A stretch of DNA of 64,000 nt from a virus (Duplodnaviria > Heunggongvirae > Uroviricota > Caudoviricetes). This document shows positions 1 through 8,545 of the stretch, one piece after another (positions within the stretch are counted from its first letter, which is position 1; each line of letters begins with the position of its first letter). Under the pieces are notes generated by a model, which saw nothing but the letters and a program-made list of their open reading frames with translations, ran no database searches and was not told the origin of the DNA. The stretch is from IMG/VR virus record IMGVR_UViG_3300011008_000003. One strand, written 5' to 3'. The position numbers and the translations under genes were made by a program.

Positions 1-278
1 TCGTAACCTTCAGTCAACTTGATGCAATGCGGAGTCGGAAGCTTCTGACCTTCCAAAGTTTCTTCGTACGGCTTGCCTTCCATCGGAGGCCAGTTAGACT
101 GACACTGAAGCTTGTTGAAATGAGTATCATGCGTAGCGATGATAGCGCCATCCCAGTGACGAATCTTGTTGACAATGTTTGGAACCTTTGCCTTCGCAAA
201 GTCATTCTTGAGCGTACCAGTAATAAAGTCGTTCTGTGCGTCGACCAGAAGACCTAGCTTGTCTACTTTGATTTTCAT
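1..278 (-). CDS. pncA: Nicotinamidase/isochorismatase-family cysteine hydrolase (5' part; runs off window)
   Basis: Not in ORF track. Manual translation from ATG 278: MKIKVDKLGLLVDAQNDFITGTL...IATHDTH...LPTPHCIKLTEGY; VDxQNDF, TxDxH and PxHC motifs of PncA. Confidence 0.85.
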   Translation of the reverse strand, partial: MKIKVDKLGLLVDAQNDFITGTLKNDFAKAKVPNIVNKIRHWDGAIIATHDTHFNKLQCQSNWPPMEGKPYEETLEGQKLPTPHCIKLTEGY

Positions 279-281
279 AAG

Positions 282-626
282 TTATTCCTTTATGATATTG
301 TGTATTTGTTCAATAAAATCCTCTTCAGAAATATCGTTCCATGTTGTAACGTCTACGAAATGCCAAGGACGGGTATGGTCGTCTTCCATAGACCATTGTG
401 AGCCCTTTTTAACCGGTATTTTATATGGAACAACAGCCACGTAAGCAAAACGCCCGTGGTATTCAAAGATATAGCATGAATGTAACCCAGGAATAGCAGG
501 ATGCTTATTATTCTCAGGTTCGACAAAAGATTTCCAGAAAGATTTAAATTTTAACTTAGCTGGAAGGTCTAAATGTTTACGAAGATACCTTTCAGCTTCG
601 ATGAAATTAGGAAAATTTGTTTTCAT
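282..626 (-). CDS. Hypothetical protein (leaderless start)
   Basis: 114-aa ORF; ATG 7 nt after -10 box. Confidence 0.7.
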   Translation of the reverse strand: MKTNFPNFIEAERYLRKHLDLPAKLKFKSFWKSFVEPENNKHPAIPGLHSCYIFEYHGRFAYVAVVPYKIPVKKGSQWSMEDDHTRPWHFVDVTTWNDISEEDFIEQIHNIIKE

Positions 627-633
627 GCGGTAA

Positions 634-662
634 AATATAGCAAAGTATACGTGTTTTGTAAA
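634..662 (-). promoter_or_regulatory. Early sigma70-like promoter TTTACA-N17-TATATT
   Basis: Matches consensus seen >20 times in window. Confidence 0.75.
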
Positions 663-672
663 CGCTAAACTT

Positions 673-680
673 TATAAATA
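673..680 (+). promoter_or_regulatory. T4-type late promoter TATAAATA
   Basis: Exact octamer 4 nt before ATG 685. Confidence 0.7.
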
Positions 681-684
681 ATTC

Positions 685-1041
685 ATGAGATACGATTTCG
701 CACATCCAAAATTTAAGAACGGCATGGTTACATTCGCCGAAAAGAAACCAGATTTACTTTATGAATTCCGACAGGCAGCAATGAGACGTCATTATGTGCT
801 ACGACCGGACATGGTTTTGTATACCCCAGATCATGAACGCCTTGCCAAGGTAGAGAATTATTTTGATATACTTGTCGTAACCAAGTTCAATGATATTGGT
901 TCAACTAAATTACGTTCTAAACAGGATATTGACCGATTCTTTAGAGAAATGGATGAATGTTGTGACGTTAAAAATATTCATCAGATGGATCTTAATGAAG
1001 CGAAAACAATTCTAAAGGAAAACGGATATATTATTGAATAA
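685..1041 (+). CDS. Putative late/virion protein with C-terminal MDLNEAKTILKENGYIIE tag
   Basis: 118 aa; late promoter upstream; tag shared with 53107, 53409, 57713. Confidence 0.7.
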   Translation: MRYDFAHPKFKNGMVTFAEKKPDLLYEFRQAAMRRHYVLRPDMVLYTPDHERLAKVENYFDILVVTKFNDIGSTKLRSKQDIDRFFREMDECCDVKNIHQMDLNEAKTILKENGYIIE

Positions 1042-1045
1042 AAAT

Positions 1046-1068
1046 AAGGATTGGTTTTACCAATCCTT
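1046..1068. terminator. Bidirectional intrinsic terminator
   Basis: AAGGATTGG-TTTTA-CCAATCCTT with A/T tracts between convergent genes. Confidence 0.75.
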
Positions 1069-1073
1069 TTTCT

Positions 1074-1307
1074 TTACTTCTTGACCTTTACTGTCATTCC
1101 GTCAGCTTTAATATCTAATAATCTCCGCGTATCATAGAAATATACCCTAACATACTTCTTGCCGGTGAAGTCATGTATATATTCCCACTTCTTCGCGTCT
1201 TGAATTATTTGTTCATAACAAAAATTCGGATTACAGATTTCAAGGACTAACGGCTTGGCAAAGCCGAAAGAAACTAACATCAATAAACAAAATATAATTT
1301 TCTTCAT
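1074..1307 (-). CDS. Small exported protein
   Basis: Signal peptide MKKIIFCLLMLVSFGFA. Confidence 0.7.
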   Translation of the reverse strand: MKKIIFCLLMLVSFGFAKPLVLEICNPNFCYEQIIQDAKKWEYIHDFTGKKYVRVYFYDTRRLLDIKADGMTVKVKK

Positions 1308-1314
1308 AATTTAT

Positions 1315-1839
1315 TTATTTTACCCGCGATAGAACTTTTTGCACAATTTTATCGTCATGGATATTTAACTTGCCCAACAGTTCACGAGCAGTAGCTTCTG
1401 TTTTTTCCGGAGTATGAGCATGGCTGTAATGACCGATGAATCCGTGAATAAGCCCGAATACAATCAGACCCTTTGCGTCGTGTAAATCTTCTTGAGACAA
1501 TCCTTTAGGAAGAAGGACACGGCTGAACGGCATGTAAATCGTAACAGGATCGGCGTCATTATAGTCATACGATATAGAAAATACCGCACTGTCAAGATTT
1601 TCTTCTGTATAGGCAGAAATATTAGGATCTTTTAGAACTTCGTCCTTTGTACAGAAGCCAAACTGTAAAAGTTTGAATCCCAAATCGGTAAGGGTCTTAT
1701 TGACGCCTCTACCGACATCGAAATATGCGTTTTCGAGTTCGTCAAGTGACCATTCCTTTACTTGCGGCCAGTTTGCTTCGAAAAGGCACTGCCTAAAACA
1801 TTCGAGCATTTCTTCACGTTTTTCTTCAATCATCGCCAT
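1315..1839 (-). CDS. Hypothetical protein
   Basis: 174 aa; GAGGT RBS. Confidence 0.75.
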   Translation of the reverse strand: MAMIEEKREEMLECFRQCLFEANWPQVKEWSLDELENAYFDVGRGVNKTLTDLGFKLLQFGFCTKDEVLKDPNISAYTEENLDSAVFSISYDYNDADPVTIYMPFSRVLLPKGLSQEDLHDAKGLIVFGLIHGFIGHYSHAHTPEKTEATARELLGKLNIHDDKIVQKVLSRVK

Positions 1840-1841
1840 AA

Positions 1842-3161
1842 CTACCTCAGAGTTAAAAATTTCTTATAACATCTAAATGCACTCAGAATATCGTCGACAT
1901 GTGTAAGTTCCATCGGCGAATGCATGTTCAGAACCGGAACACCAGCATCGATAACGTTCATGTTGAATCGACAATAGATACTGGCGATAGTTCCACCACC
2001 ACCCATATCAACCTTACCCATTTCATCGAATTGATAAAGTTCATTTTTGAATAAGTTACGAAGCTTTGCGATATATTCAGGCATTGCGTCGTTAGAACCG
2101 GACTTACCATGAGAGCCATTATATTTACTGAGCATCATGCCGTAACCGAGCTTGGCAGAAGTATGTTTGGAATAAGCGTCGGCATAAAGTGGGTCAAAAG
2201 CTGCCGTAACGTCAGAAGACAACATATTAGATTTAGACATGACGTCAAAGAAATCCATGTCGATTGTATTTCGGTCTTCACGCTGACTATACATCTTCTT
2301 GAGACAAGTTTCAAACCAAACAGATTCTGCACCGGTAGCACTATAAGAACCGATTTCTTCTTTATCGACAAGAACCGTACATGCAGTATTGTCAGGAATA
2401 TCTGTTGTTTCCAAAATAGCTTTAAGGGAAGTAAAAGCACAAACTCGGTCGTCTTGTCCATAACCAGCGACTAAAGACATGTCTAAACCGCAATATGAAG
2501 CTTTTCCTGCCGGAACAAGTTCGAATTCAGAAGAATAGAAATCATCTTCATCAATATCATACTTGTTTTTTAAAATTGACAGAAGTTTTTCCTTAACAGC
2601 ACATTTTTCTTTGTCAAAAACTTCTTTATCACACTTGCTAGCGACAGCTGCGATAACGTCCATGTTTTCACCATTGACAAAATCTTCAGCCTTCTTGCTT
2701 GACATACGCTTATAATCAAGGTGCGGAAGCAAGTCAGTAATACAGAAAACCGGATCTCCTGGATTATCACCGATATTAACATTGATTGTTGTTCCGTTCG
2801 GTTTACAAACAACGCCGTGAAGTGCGAGCGGTAAAGTAACCCATTGATACTTTTTGATTCCGCCATAATAATGAGTATCAAAATATGCGACATCATCTTT
2901 ATCAGTAAGAGCGGCTTGCTTTATGTCGATACGGGGAGAGTCAATATGTGCACCGAGAATATTATATTCTGGATTTTTACCAACAATAAATGCGGCAAAA
3001 TTCTTACGTCTGTTTATGAAATAAACCTTATCTCCAGGTTTATATTTTCTGTTAGCTTCAAAAGATTTAAATCCTGCAGCAACAGCTTTTCGTTCAGCAA
3101 AATCTACCCATTCGCGTTCAGTCTTATTTTGAGAAAGGGCTTCAATGTATTCATTAGTCAT
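1842..3161 (-). CDS. M18 family (aspartyl) aminopeptidase
   Basis: GAHIDSP, GYGQDDRVC, DKEEIGS, SSDV, GGGTI, DAGVPVLNMHSPME motifs. Confidence 0.92.
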   Translation of the reverse strand: MTNEYIEALSQNKTEREWVDFAERKAVAAGFKSFEANRKYKPGDKVYFINRRKNFAAFIVGKNPEYNILGAHIDSPRIDIKQAALTDKDDVAYFDTHYYGGIKKYQWVTLPLALHGVVCKPNGTTINVNIGDNPGDPVFCITDLLPHLDYKRMSSKKAEDFVNGENMDVIAAVASKCDKEVFDKEKCAVKEKLLSILKNKYDIDEDDFYSSEFELVPAGKASYCGLDMSLVAGYGQDDRVCAFTSLKAILETTDIPDNTACTVLVDKEEIGSYSATGAESVWFETCLKKMYSQREDRNTIDMDFFDVMSKSNMLSSDVTAAFDPLYADAYSKHTSAKLGYGMMLSKYNGSHGKSGSNDAMPEYIAKLRNLFKNELYQFDEMGKVDMGGGGTIASIYCRFNMNVIDAGVPVLNMHSPMELTHVDDILSAFRCYKKFLTLR

Positions 3162-3297
3162 TTGTTGGTTCCTTCATTATAAAATTACCGTTAACGTCCA
3201 ATTTGTAACGGTATACTCTCTTTTCCGCATCCCATACTTCAAGATAAGTGATTCCATTATCTTTGTACTTTTCTTCTTTTTCTTTCTTCTTAGTCAT
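3154..3297 (-). CDS. Small hypothetical protein (47 aa)
   Basis: Manual: MTKKKEKEEKYKDNGITYLEVWD...; AAGGA RBS; fills gap. Confidence 0.6.
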   Translation of the reverse strand: MTKKKEKEEKYKDNGITYLEVWDAEKRVYRYKLDVNGNFIMKEPTND

Positions 3298-3571
3298 GGA
3301 TTTCCTTTATATCAAATGTACGGAAGTCAGTATTGAATTCGTTTATGCAGTCATGTTTCGTACAGAAAGTCAAACCGCATTCGTTTCGAAGTTGGTCTTC
3401 AAACAATACAGCATCTTCTGTAGATTGATCTTCATCCGAATTATACCATTCCACGATAATCTTAGAAGCCTTATTAAGCTGTTCAATAAGGGCATATGCG
3501 TCAAAAGCTTCATGTATAGATTCATTATCAAGCTTATAGTAGCCATTGATAATATTAAACTTTACTCTCAT
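3290..3571 (-). CDS. Hypothetical protein
   Basis: GAGGA RBS before ATG 3571. Confidence 0.7.
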   Translation of the reverse strand: MRVKFNIINGYYKLDNESIHEAFDAYALIEQLNKASKIIVEWYNSDEDQSTEDAVLFEDQLRNECGLTFCTKHDCINEFNTDFRTFDIKEIHD

Positions 3572-3980
3572 TATTTTCCTCAATAATAACTTTCATAGGC
3601 TTTCCAGAAGCCTTAATACGGTCAATATTGCACTTTACACCGTAGCTTACGCCGTTCCAGAACGCGATCGCACCGTCACATGCCTCGCACATGGCCTTAT
3701 CCTTGACCTGATAGAATTCTTCACCTTCTTTACCCTGAGACTGTTCCCATAAGGAAACAAAATTCGGATATACGCTACGACGTGGAGTTTCGGTAGAAGT
3801 ATAAACAGTCACCCGGTCAAAATTATGTGCCTTCAGATATTTCTGTGCAAGGAAGTCGACACCATAACAGTCACCGACGATAACTTGAACATCCTGCTTC
3901 ATGAGTTCGTCAAGGCAGTCTGTCATTTCCTTATTCAGATGTTTGATTTTAGAACTACCGGAAATAAAAACAGTTTTCAT
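3555..3980 (-). CDS. SLOG-superfamily (YspA/DprA-LOG-like) protein
   Basis: VFISGS...VIVGDCYGVDFLAQKY...DKAM...DGAIAFWNGVSYG. Confidence 0.75.
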   Translation of the reverse strand: MKTVFISGSSKIKHLNKEMTDCLDELMKQDVQVIVGDCYGVDFLAQKYLKAHNFDRVTVYTSTETPRRSVYPNFVSLWEQSQGKEGEEFYQVKDKAMCEACDGAIAFWNGVSYGVKCNIDRIKASGKPMKVIIEENNESKV

Positions 3981-4282
3981 GATTCGCTCTCCTCGAATTT
4001 AAATTCAGGAACTACGCCGTCTTCTTTGGCATATTCCATGATTTGTTTAAATGCCTTATTGAATTCTTCCATTTCTTTATATTCCTGCCGGACAGTACCA
4101 AGCTGGATAACGTAATGGTCGGCATAGACTTCTATATAGTTGACATTATCGAAACGGACCGTCCAAGCCCATGCACGGTTTTCATCGCCGAGGTCAGACA
4201 TGCCGATTACCTTATAGGGCAAGCCAGCCCATTCAATCATGTCGACGATATAGCTTACATCGTAATCATAATACGGAGTCAT
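3977..4282 (-). CDS. Hypothetical protein
   Basis: ATGA-coupled ORF. Confidence 0.7.
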   Translation of the reverse strand: MTPYYDYDVSYIVDMIEWAGLPYKVIGMSDLGDENRAWAWTVRFDNVNYIEVYADHYVIQLGTVRQEYKEMEEFNKAFKQIMEYAKEDGVVPEFKFEESES

Positions 4283-4575
4283 ACTAACTTCCTTGAACAT
4301 TTTGGACAGAATTCAATCTTATCTGAGAAAGAATGAAGATAAACATCATCATCTGAATAATTAGACGCTATGACATCCATAATACATGAATATATACGCC
4401 AACCATGTTCATTGTCATAATGCAATACCATTTTGGTAGTAGTCGAATTATTAATCAGGTTCTTCGGGTTTTTCTTGGTACAGTACGGACATACCTTCCC
4501 GATATTTCCGGCTTTCGGATGAATTTTCACGACATCATGAGCCAACGGATATTTATCTTCTTTCTTTTCAATCAT
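4279..4575 (-). CDS. Zn-ribbon protein
   Basis: CPYC...FCPKC. Confidence 0.7.
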   Translation of the reverse strand: MIEKKEDKYPLAHDVVKIHPKAGNIGKVCPYCTKKNPKNLINNSTTTKMVLHYDNEHGWRIYSCIMDVIASNYSDDDVYLHSFSDKIEFCPKCSRKLV

Positions 4576-4910
4576 GACTTTATTACCCTATTTAAAATTA
4601 GAACTGCTTTAATAAACTGGAATGCGGCATCGGTTGACTTCGTAACGCCGACAGTCGCGCCTTCGCCTTCATTGTCGTTCTGGATCCAGATATTTAATCC
4701 ATTATACTCTTCGAAATCGAATGAAACTATAAGCGTTACATCTTTAACCGTAACATAGAGATTGGTTACTTTAAAATCCGCATGTTCTTTTGTAGAATAT
4801 GCGGTAAATTCTTCCACCTTTAAACACTTAACTAAGCGCTTAGGTAGAATAGTCGCCACCATGTCGCGAAGATTATGAATAAATTGATTATATTCAGAAA
4901 CGAATGCCAT
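4572..4910 (-). CDS. Hypothetical protein
   Basis: Coupled ORF in operon. Confidence 0.7.
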   Translation of the reverse strand: MAFVSEYNQFIHNLRDMVATILPKRLVKCLKVEEFTAYSTKEHADFKVTNLYVTVKDVTLIVSFDFEEYNGLNIWIQNDNEGEGATVGVTKSTDAAFQFIKAVLILNRVIKS

Positions 4911-4911
4911 A

Positions 4912-5160
4912 TTAACCGACCTTTTCAAAGCGATATTTCTGTTTTACTTCTGGATATTTCATATGGTCAACTTCAGCTAAAAACATGTCGGCTGGACGGG
5001 CATAAATTCCGTCCTTATGGTTTGTTCTGCCTTCGTTACCGGAACATTCATAAACAACGAGAAGCTCGTCAGTCTCTGAATGATTGGCGAGCGTAATGAC
5101 TTTGGCGGTCGTTCCCTTGAAATGACGCCAAATACTTCCTGGAGTAATTTCTCTATCCAT
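4912..5160 (-). CDS. DUF1653-family protein
   Basis: WRHFKG..HSETDELLVVY..ARPADMF. Confidence 0.85.
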   Translation of the reverse strand: MDREITPGSIWRHFKGTTAKVITLANHSETDELLVVYECSGNEGRTNHKDGIYARPADMFLAEVDHMKYPEVKQKYRFEKVG

Positions 5161-5378
5161 TAAAAGTTATTCCTTATGAGCATGTCCAATTCCTGCATGG
5201 AATCGACGTTTGTAACCTTCGTTCCAAGATGATCGTAGAGATAATAGCTTGGCTTGTTCATCATGAGGCTGTATTCTTCGATACGAAACTTGTTACGGCC
5301 TACGTTTACGCCGACAATCTTGCCGGACTGGTTACGGATATATTCGATTTTCTTACCAAACATTATTATGCTCCACAC
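5160..5378 (-). CDS. Hypothetical protein
   Basis: Coupled ORF. Confidence 0.65.
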   Translation of the reverse strand: MWSIIMFGKKIEYIRNQSGKIVGVNVGRNKFRIEEYSLMMNKPSYYLYDHLGTKVTNVDSMQELDMLIRNNF

Positions 5379-6181
5379 ATTTTTACAAAATCTTCTTCAG
5401 AAATAAGGGTTGTTCCCTGCTTGCGAGCCTTGACAGCCTTACTGGATGTAGAATTCGGGTCTGCAAGGACTAGGAATGTCGTATCTTTCTTCATATTTTC
5501 ATGAACGATACCGCCGTTCTTTTCGACCAATTCCCAAAGTTCCTTACGAGGACGGGCAGCGGCACCAGTGAAACAGAAAGACTTGCCGTTAAGAGAACCA
5601 GCGACCGGAGCCTTCGGTACGAGAATCTGAACATACTTCAAAGTTTCACGCATGTCGTTTTCGAAAATGTCAAGTCCCTTTCTGAGTTTTCTTGATGTAA
5701 TATCGCCGACACCTTCGCAAGTGAAGTCAGAACATGCGATGAAGTCGTCAAACGTGTCCAATTTCTTTGCGTCGATAATCCTCTGGACGATTTTTTCACC
5801 AACCCCTGATATGTTATAGCCCGAGATAAACTGAGCCAATGTGGCTTGTTTATGAGCGTCTATTTGAGCCTTAATAATGTCGGCAGAACGCTTGCTGAAA
5901 CCTTCGAGACTTGCGAGCTTCTTATAGTCGATTTTGTACAAATCGGAAATAGTTGTGAAAATACCGGCATCGTAAAGAGTTTCGATAGTAGTAAGGCCAA
6001 GTTCCATAATCTGGAGCTTTTCAGTCCACTTGGAAATTCTTCCGGAAAACTTGCTCTTGCAGAAGTCGTTAGAGCAGGTAAGCTGTTTATGATTGTCAGA
6101 AATGACCAATTCGGCGCCGCAGACAGGGCAAACGGTGGGCATGTTCCAATTGTGAAGGCTAGCGAGGGTTCTTACGTCCAT
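5366..6181 (-). CDS. NAD-dependent DNA ligase C-terminal half (Zn finger, HhH, BRCT), stand-alone
   Basis: PTVCPVCG..CSNDFC, HhH repeats (LEGFSKRSA, ISGVGEK), BRCT GKSFCFTG..KAVKA..ISEEDF; no KxDG adenylation or OB domain; own promoter and GGAG RBS. Confidence 0.88.
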   Translation of the reverse strand: MDVRTLASLHNWNMPTVCPVCGAELVISDNHKQLTCSNDFCKSKFSGRISKWTEKLQIMELGLTTIETLYDAGIFTTISDLYKIDYKKLASLEGFSKRSADIIKAQIDAHKQATLAQFISGYNISGVGEKIVQRIIDAKKLDTFDDFIACSDFTCEGVGDITSRKLRKGLDIFENDMRETLKYVQILVPKAPVAGSLNGKSFCFTGAAARPRKELWELVEKNGGIVHENMKKDTTFLVLADPNSTSSKAVKARKQGTTLISEEDFVKMCGA

Positions 6182-6204
6182 TTTTTACTCCATTTTATGA
6201 GTTA

Positions 6205-6240
6205 AATATAACAAAAGGATTGACGTTCGTCAACCCCTTT
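6205..6240 (-). promoter_or_regulatory. Fused terminator/early promoter element
   Basis: GGGGTTGAC-GAAC-GTCAATCC-TTTT; TTGACG-N17-TATATT. Confidence 0.85.
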
Positions 6241-6258
6241 TTGTCGGCTCTGCAAAGC

Positions 6259-6420
6259 TTAATGTCTCTTTTTCCAAAAACCGCAAACTAAATATAGAAA
6301 TATTGATAGGCAGATTACATGAATAATTGAAAATTCCAAGCTTAATAACGTACAGAATATTAAGACGTTAAAGAAACTGGTCAGGAATATATTAATTATC
6401 TGTAATACTAGCTTTTCCAT
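6259..6420 (-). CDS. Small two-TM membrane protein (53 aa)
   Basis: Manual: MEKLVLQIINIFLTSFFNVLIFCTLLSLEFSIIHVICLSIFLYLVCGFWKKRH. Confidence 0.6.
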   Translation of the reverse strand: MEKLVLQIINIFLTSFFNVLIFCTLLSLEFSIIHVICLSIFLYLVCGFWKKRH

Positions 6421-6632
6421 TTGATTTGCGACTGGCTTAAAATTTCGATTGTTTCCTTTACTTCAACCAGAGTCCCAGACCTTACGCCGTTAAGTTCGTA
6501 AGAATGAGCTTCCAGGTCTTCGATGCAATCATCTTTATTTATATACTTCTTGGCGGTTTTGATGTTTGGAGACCAATGCCAGCCATTCCAGTATGATTCT
6601 TTGTCTTTCAGTACGAAGTATGTTTGATTCAT
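6408..6632 (-). CDS. Hypothetical protein
   Basis: 74-aa ORF in operon. Confidence 0.7.
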   Translation of the reverse strand: MNQTYFVLKDKESYWNGWHWSPNIKTAKKYINKDDCIEDLEAHSYELNGVRSGTLVEVKETIEILSQSQIKWKS

Positions 6633-6635
6633 AGT

Positions 6636-6908
6636 TTACCTATTCCAAAAACAATCTTGTGTATATTCAGCAGTATCGACCTGAATAATTTCGTCAGTAT
6701 GAATACATTCTGTCTTCGTAGGGACCAAATCCCAACCGTATTTTCCGCATTTTTCCATTGCGAATTGTTCGGCCAATGACTTATCAGTCCATGTAAGAAC
6801 GTGTTCATTCAAAACTGATTGATAACCATTGATTTTATTGGGAAACATTGTATTTGGTGCAAAATTAAATGCAACAGTCCATTCTACGTCTCTAGTTTTT
6901 GTACTCAT
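6636..6908 (-). CDS. Hypothetical protein
   Basis: 90-aa ORF, AAGG RBS. Confidence 0.7.
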   Translation of the reverse strand: MSTKTRDVEWTVAFNFAPNTMFPNKINGYQSVLNEHVLTWTDKSLAEQFAMEKCGKYGWDLVPTKTECIHTDEIIQVDTAEYTQDCFWNR

Positions 6909-6916
6909 ATAACCTT

Positions 6917-7099
6917 TTACATATCTGCTTCGATGATTTTTTCAGAAACCTCATCAAGATTATCCAATGCCTTTTCTGCATTGATTCTTTCATTGGTTAC
7001 AACTTCCGTGTCAAAGCGGTCGAGATGAAGCATCATTCTCTTCAACTCTTCCGCCGGGAACATAGACATCATCGACGGTCTGTCTTCTGTATTGTCCAT
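6917..7099 (-). CDS. Hypothetical protein
   Basis: 60-aa ORF. Confidence 0.6.
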   Translation of the reverse strand: MDNTEDRPSMMSMFPAEELKRMMLHLDRFDTEVVTNERINAEKALDNLDEVSEKIIEADM

Positions 7100-7109
7100 A
7101 CTTATTTAT

Positions 7110-8216
7110 TTATTCATTATCCATTTTCTCGAGAGCGTCCTTAATAATCATTTCGTGATGGAAACCCATTTTCGGAAGATTATCAAGTTTGAACCAACGA
7201 GTATCGGCTGCGTCGTCACCCGCGAAAGCAAGCTTCTTTTCCTTGCCAGTTACATGGACGAGGAACGCAGTATCGATAATACGGAGGCGCGGGTCGAACA
7301 TATGGCTGTAAGTACGAATCTGCTTGAACTTATGAACAGGAATATCCAGATGAGTTTCTTCGCGGAGTTCACGAGCTGCGGCATGTTCGAGGTCTTCGTC
7401 AGCCTTTACGTTCTTACCAGTTTCCTTGTCGACAATATCAATCGGATCAAAGAAACCGCCACAGCAGCACCAGTAATTCTGGAAAGGAGGTTTCTTACGA
7501 CGGATAAGCAAGACTTCATCGCCACAGATAGGAACGTTGTCGACAGTATTAGCGAACTTGCCCCATCCCTGCTTCTTGTAATTTTCGATAAATGCCTTTT
7601 CAATCTTATCGTAATCCAAAGGATTCTGATGATACAGCGAATGTTCCTTAATATAATGGAAAACGTTCTTGCTGATATGGTCCTGGACCAGCTTATAATG
7701 ACATTCCGGATCCATTTCAAATGCCTGACGAACATAGCTACTGGAAACATCCTGAACCTTATCGCTCAGTTCCATAAACGTATAGTCGTAGGAATCGGTA
7801 GTATACTTCTTCTGCCAATCCTTTTCGCTTCCCTTACGGGTAAAGATGATAAACTTGTAGTATTTCAAAAGACGCTTGGAGAACTTCCACTTGTCGGCAA
7901 GCAAGCTAGCCCATTCGTCTTCGCCGATAACAATAGTAATGTCCTTCGGGTCGACTGTTCTGAAATTTACAGAAATAAATTCATACATTCGGTTATTCTG
8001 CTTATACAGCTCGTACTTCTTGATATTACGAGCGGCAAGAGCATTACGAACCATATTGCAACGTTCTTCAACCGAAGTACGATTTTTCTTTTCATCATTA
8101 TCGGTTACGAGGATATGGAACTTATCATTCTGGCGAAGCTTCTTATGGATCGTCTTGATAATTTCTTCGTGTGCATGAGTAAACGGGTCAAACCAGCTTC
8201 CAAAAATATAATGCAT
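7110..8216 (-). CDS. Bifunctional NMN/NaMN adenylyltransferase-Nudix hydrolase (NadM/NadD-Nudix)
   Basis: HxGH-like GSWFDPFTHAH, IGED, VSSSYVR; Nudix box GGFF...AAARELREET, AGDDA; start moved to ATG 8216 after promoter and AAGGA RBS. Confidence 0.88.
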   Translation of the reverse strand: MHYIFGSWFDPFTHAHEEIIKTIHKKLRQNDKFHILVTDNDEKKNRTSVEERCNMVRNALAARNIKKYELYKQNNRMYEFISVNFRTVDPKDITIVIGEDEWASLLADKWKFSKRLLKYYKFIIFTRKGSEKDWQKKYTTDSYDYTFMELSDKVQDVSSSYVRQAFEMDPECHYKLVQDHISKNVFHYIKEHSLYHQNPLDYDKIEKAFIENYKKQGWGKFANTVDNVPICGDEVLLIRRKKPPFQNYWCCCGGFFDPIDIVDKETGKNVKADEDLEHAAARELREETHLDIPVHKFKQIRTYSHMFDPRLRIIDTAFLVHVTGKEKKLAFAGDDAADTRWFKLDNLPKMGFHHEMIIKDALEKMDNE

Positions 8217-8241
8217 AGAAACATCCTTTATGTTTTTATTA

Positions 8242-8273
8242 AATATAGAAAAAGGCTGACTCGTCGTCAACCC
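8242..8273 (-). promoter_or_regulatory. Fused terminator/early promoter element
   Basis: GGGTTGAC-GACGA-GTCAGCC-TTTTT-C-TATATT. Confidence 0.85.
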
Positions 8274-8294
8274 TTTATATTTTAGTTGATAAAA

Positions 8295-8534
8295 TTAATT
8301 CTCAGTAGATTCGAAGAATAGTTTTGTAAAATTGTCGCCGTCCTCGGCATATACAAATTTAAAATCATATTCTTTTACGAAATCGAAATCAGATATAACA
8401 TCTTTCTGCTTTTCGATTTTCGGAAAACAGAACTGTTTAAATCTGGTAATCTGACGAGAAGCGCCGATTGTACCTTCGGCTTCATCTACTATCGAGAATT
8501 TCTTTGTTTTCTTATCAAATTTAACTTCGACCAT
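8295..8534 (-). CDS. Hypothetical protein
   Basis: GGAGG RBS. Confidence 0.7.
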   Translation of the reverse strand: MVEVKFDKKTKKFSIVDEAEGTIGASRQITRFKQFCFPKIEKQKDVISDFDFVKEYDFKFVYAEDGDNFTKLFFESTEN

Positions 8535-8545
8535 AAATCCTCCGT

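Noticed and set aside
6241-6407. Apparent intergenic gap with a TTTCTATATT -10-like match (possible small RNA)
   Set aside because: Filled by the 53-aa membrane ORF 6259-6420; no -35 box at the right spacing.
7092-8285. 397-aa + strand ORF
   Set aside because: Antisense shadow of the NadM-Nudix gene; no RBS, promoter or motifs.
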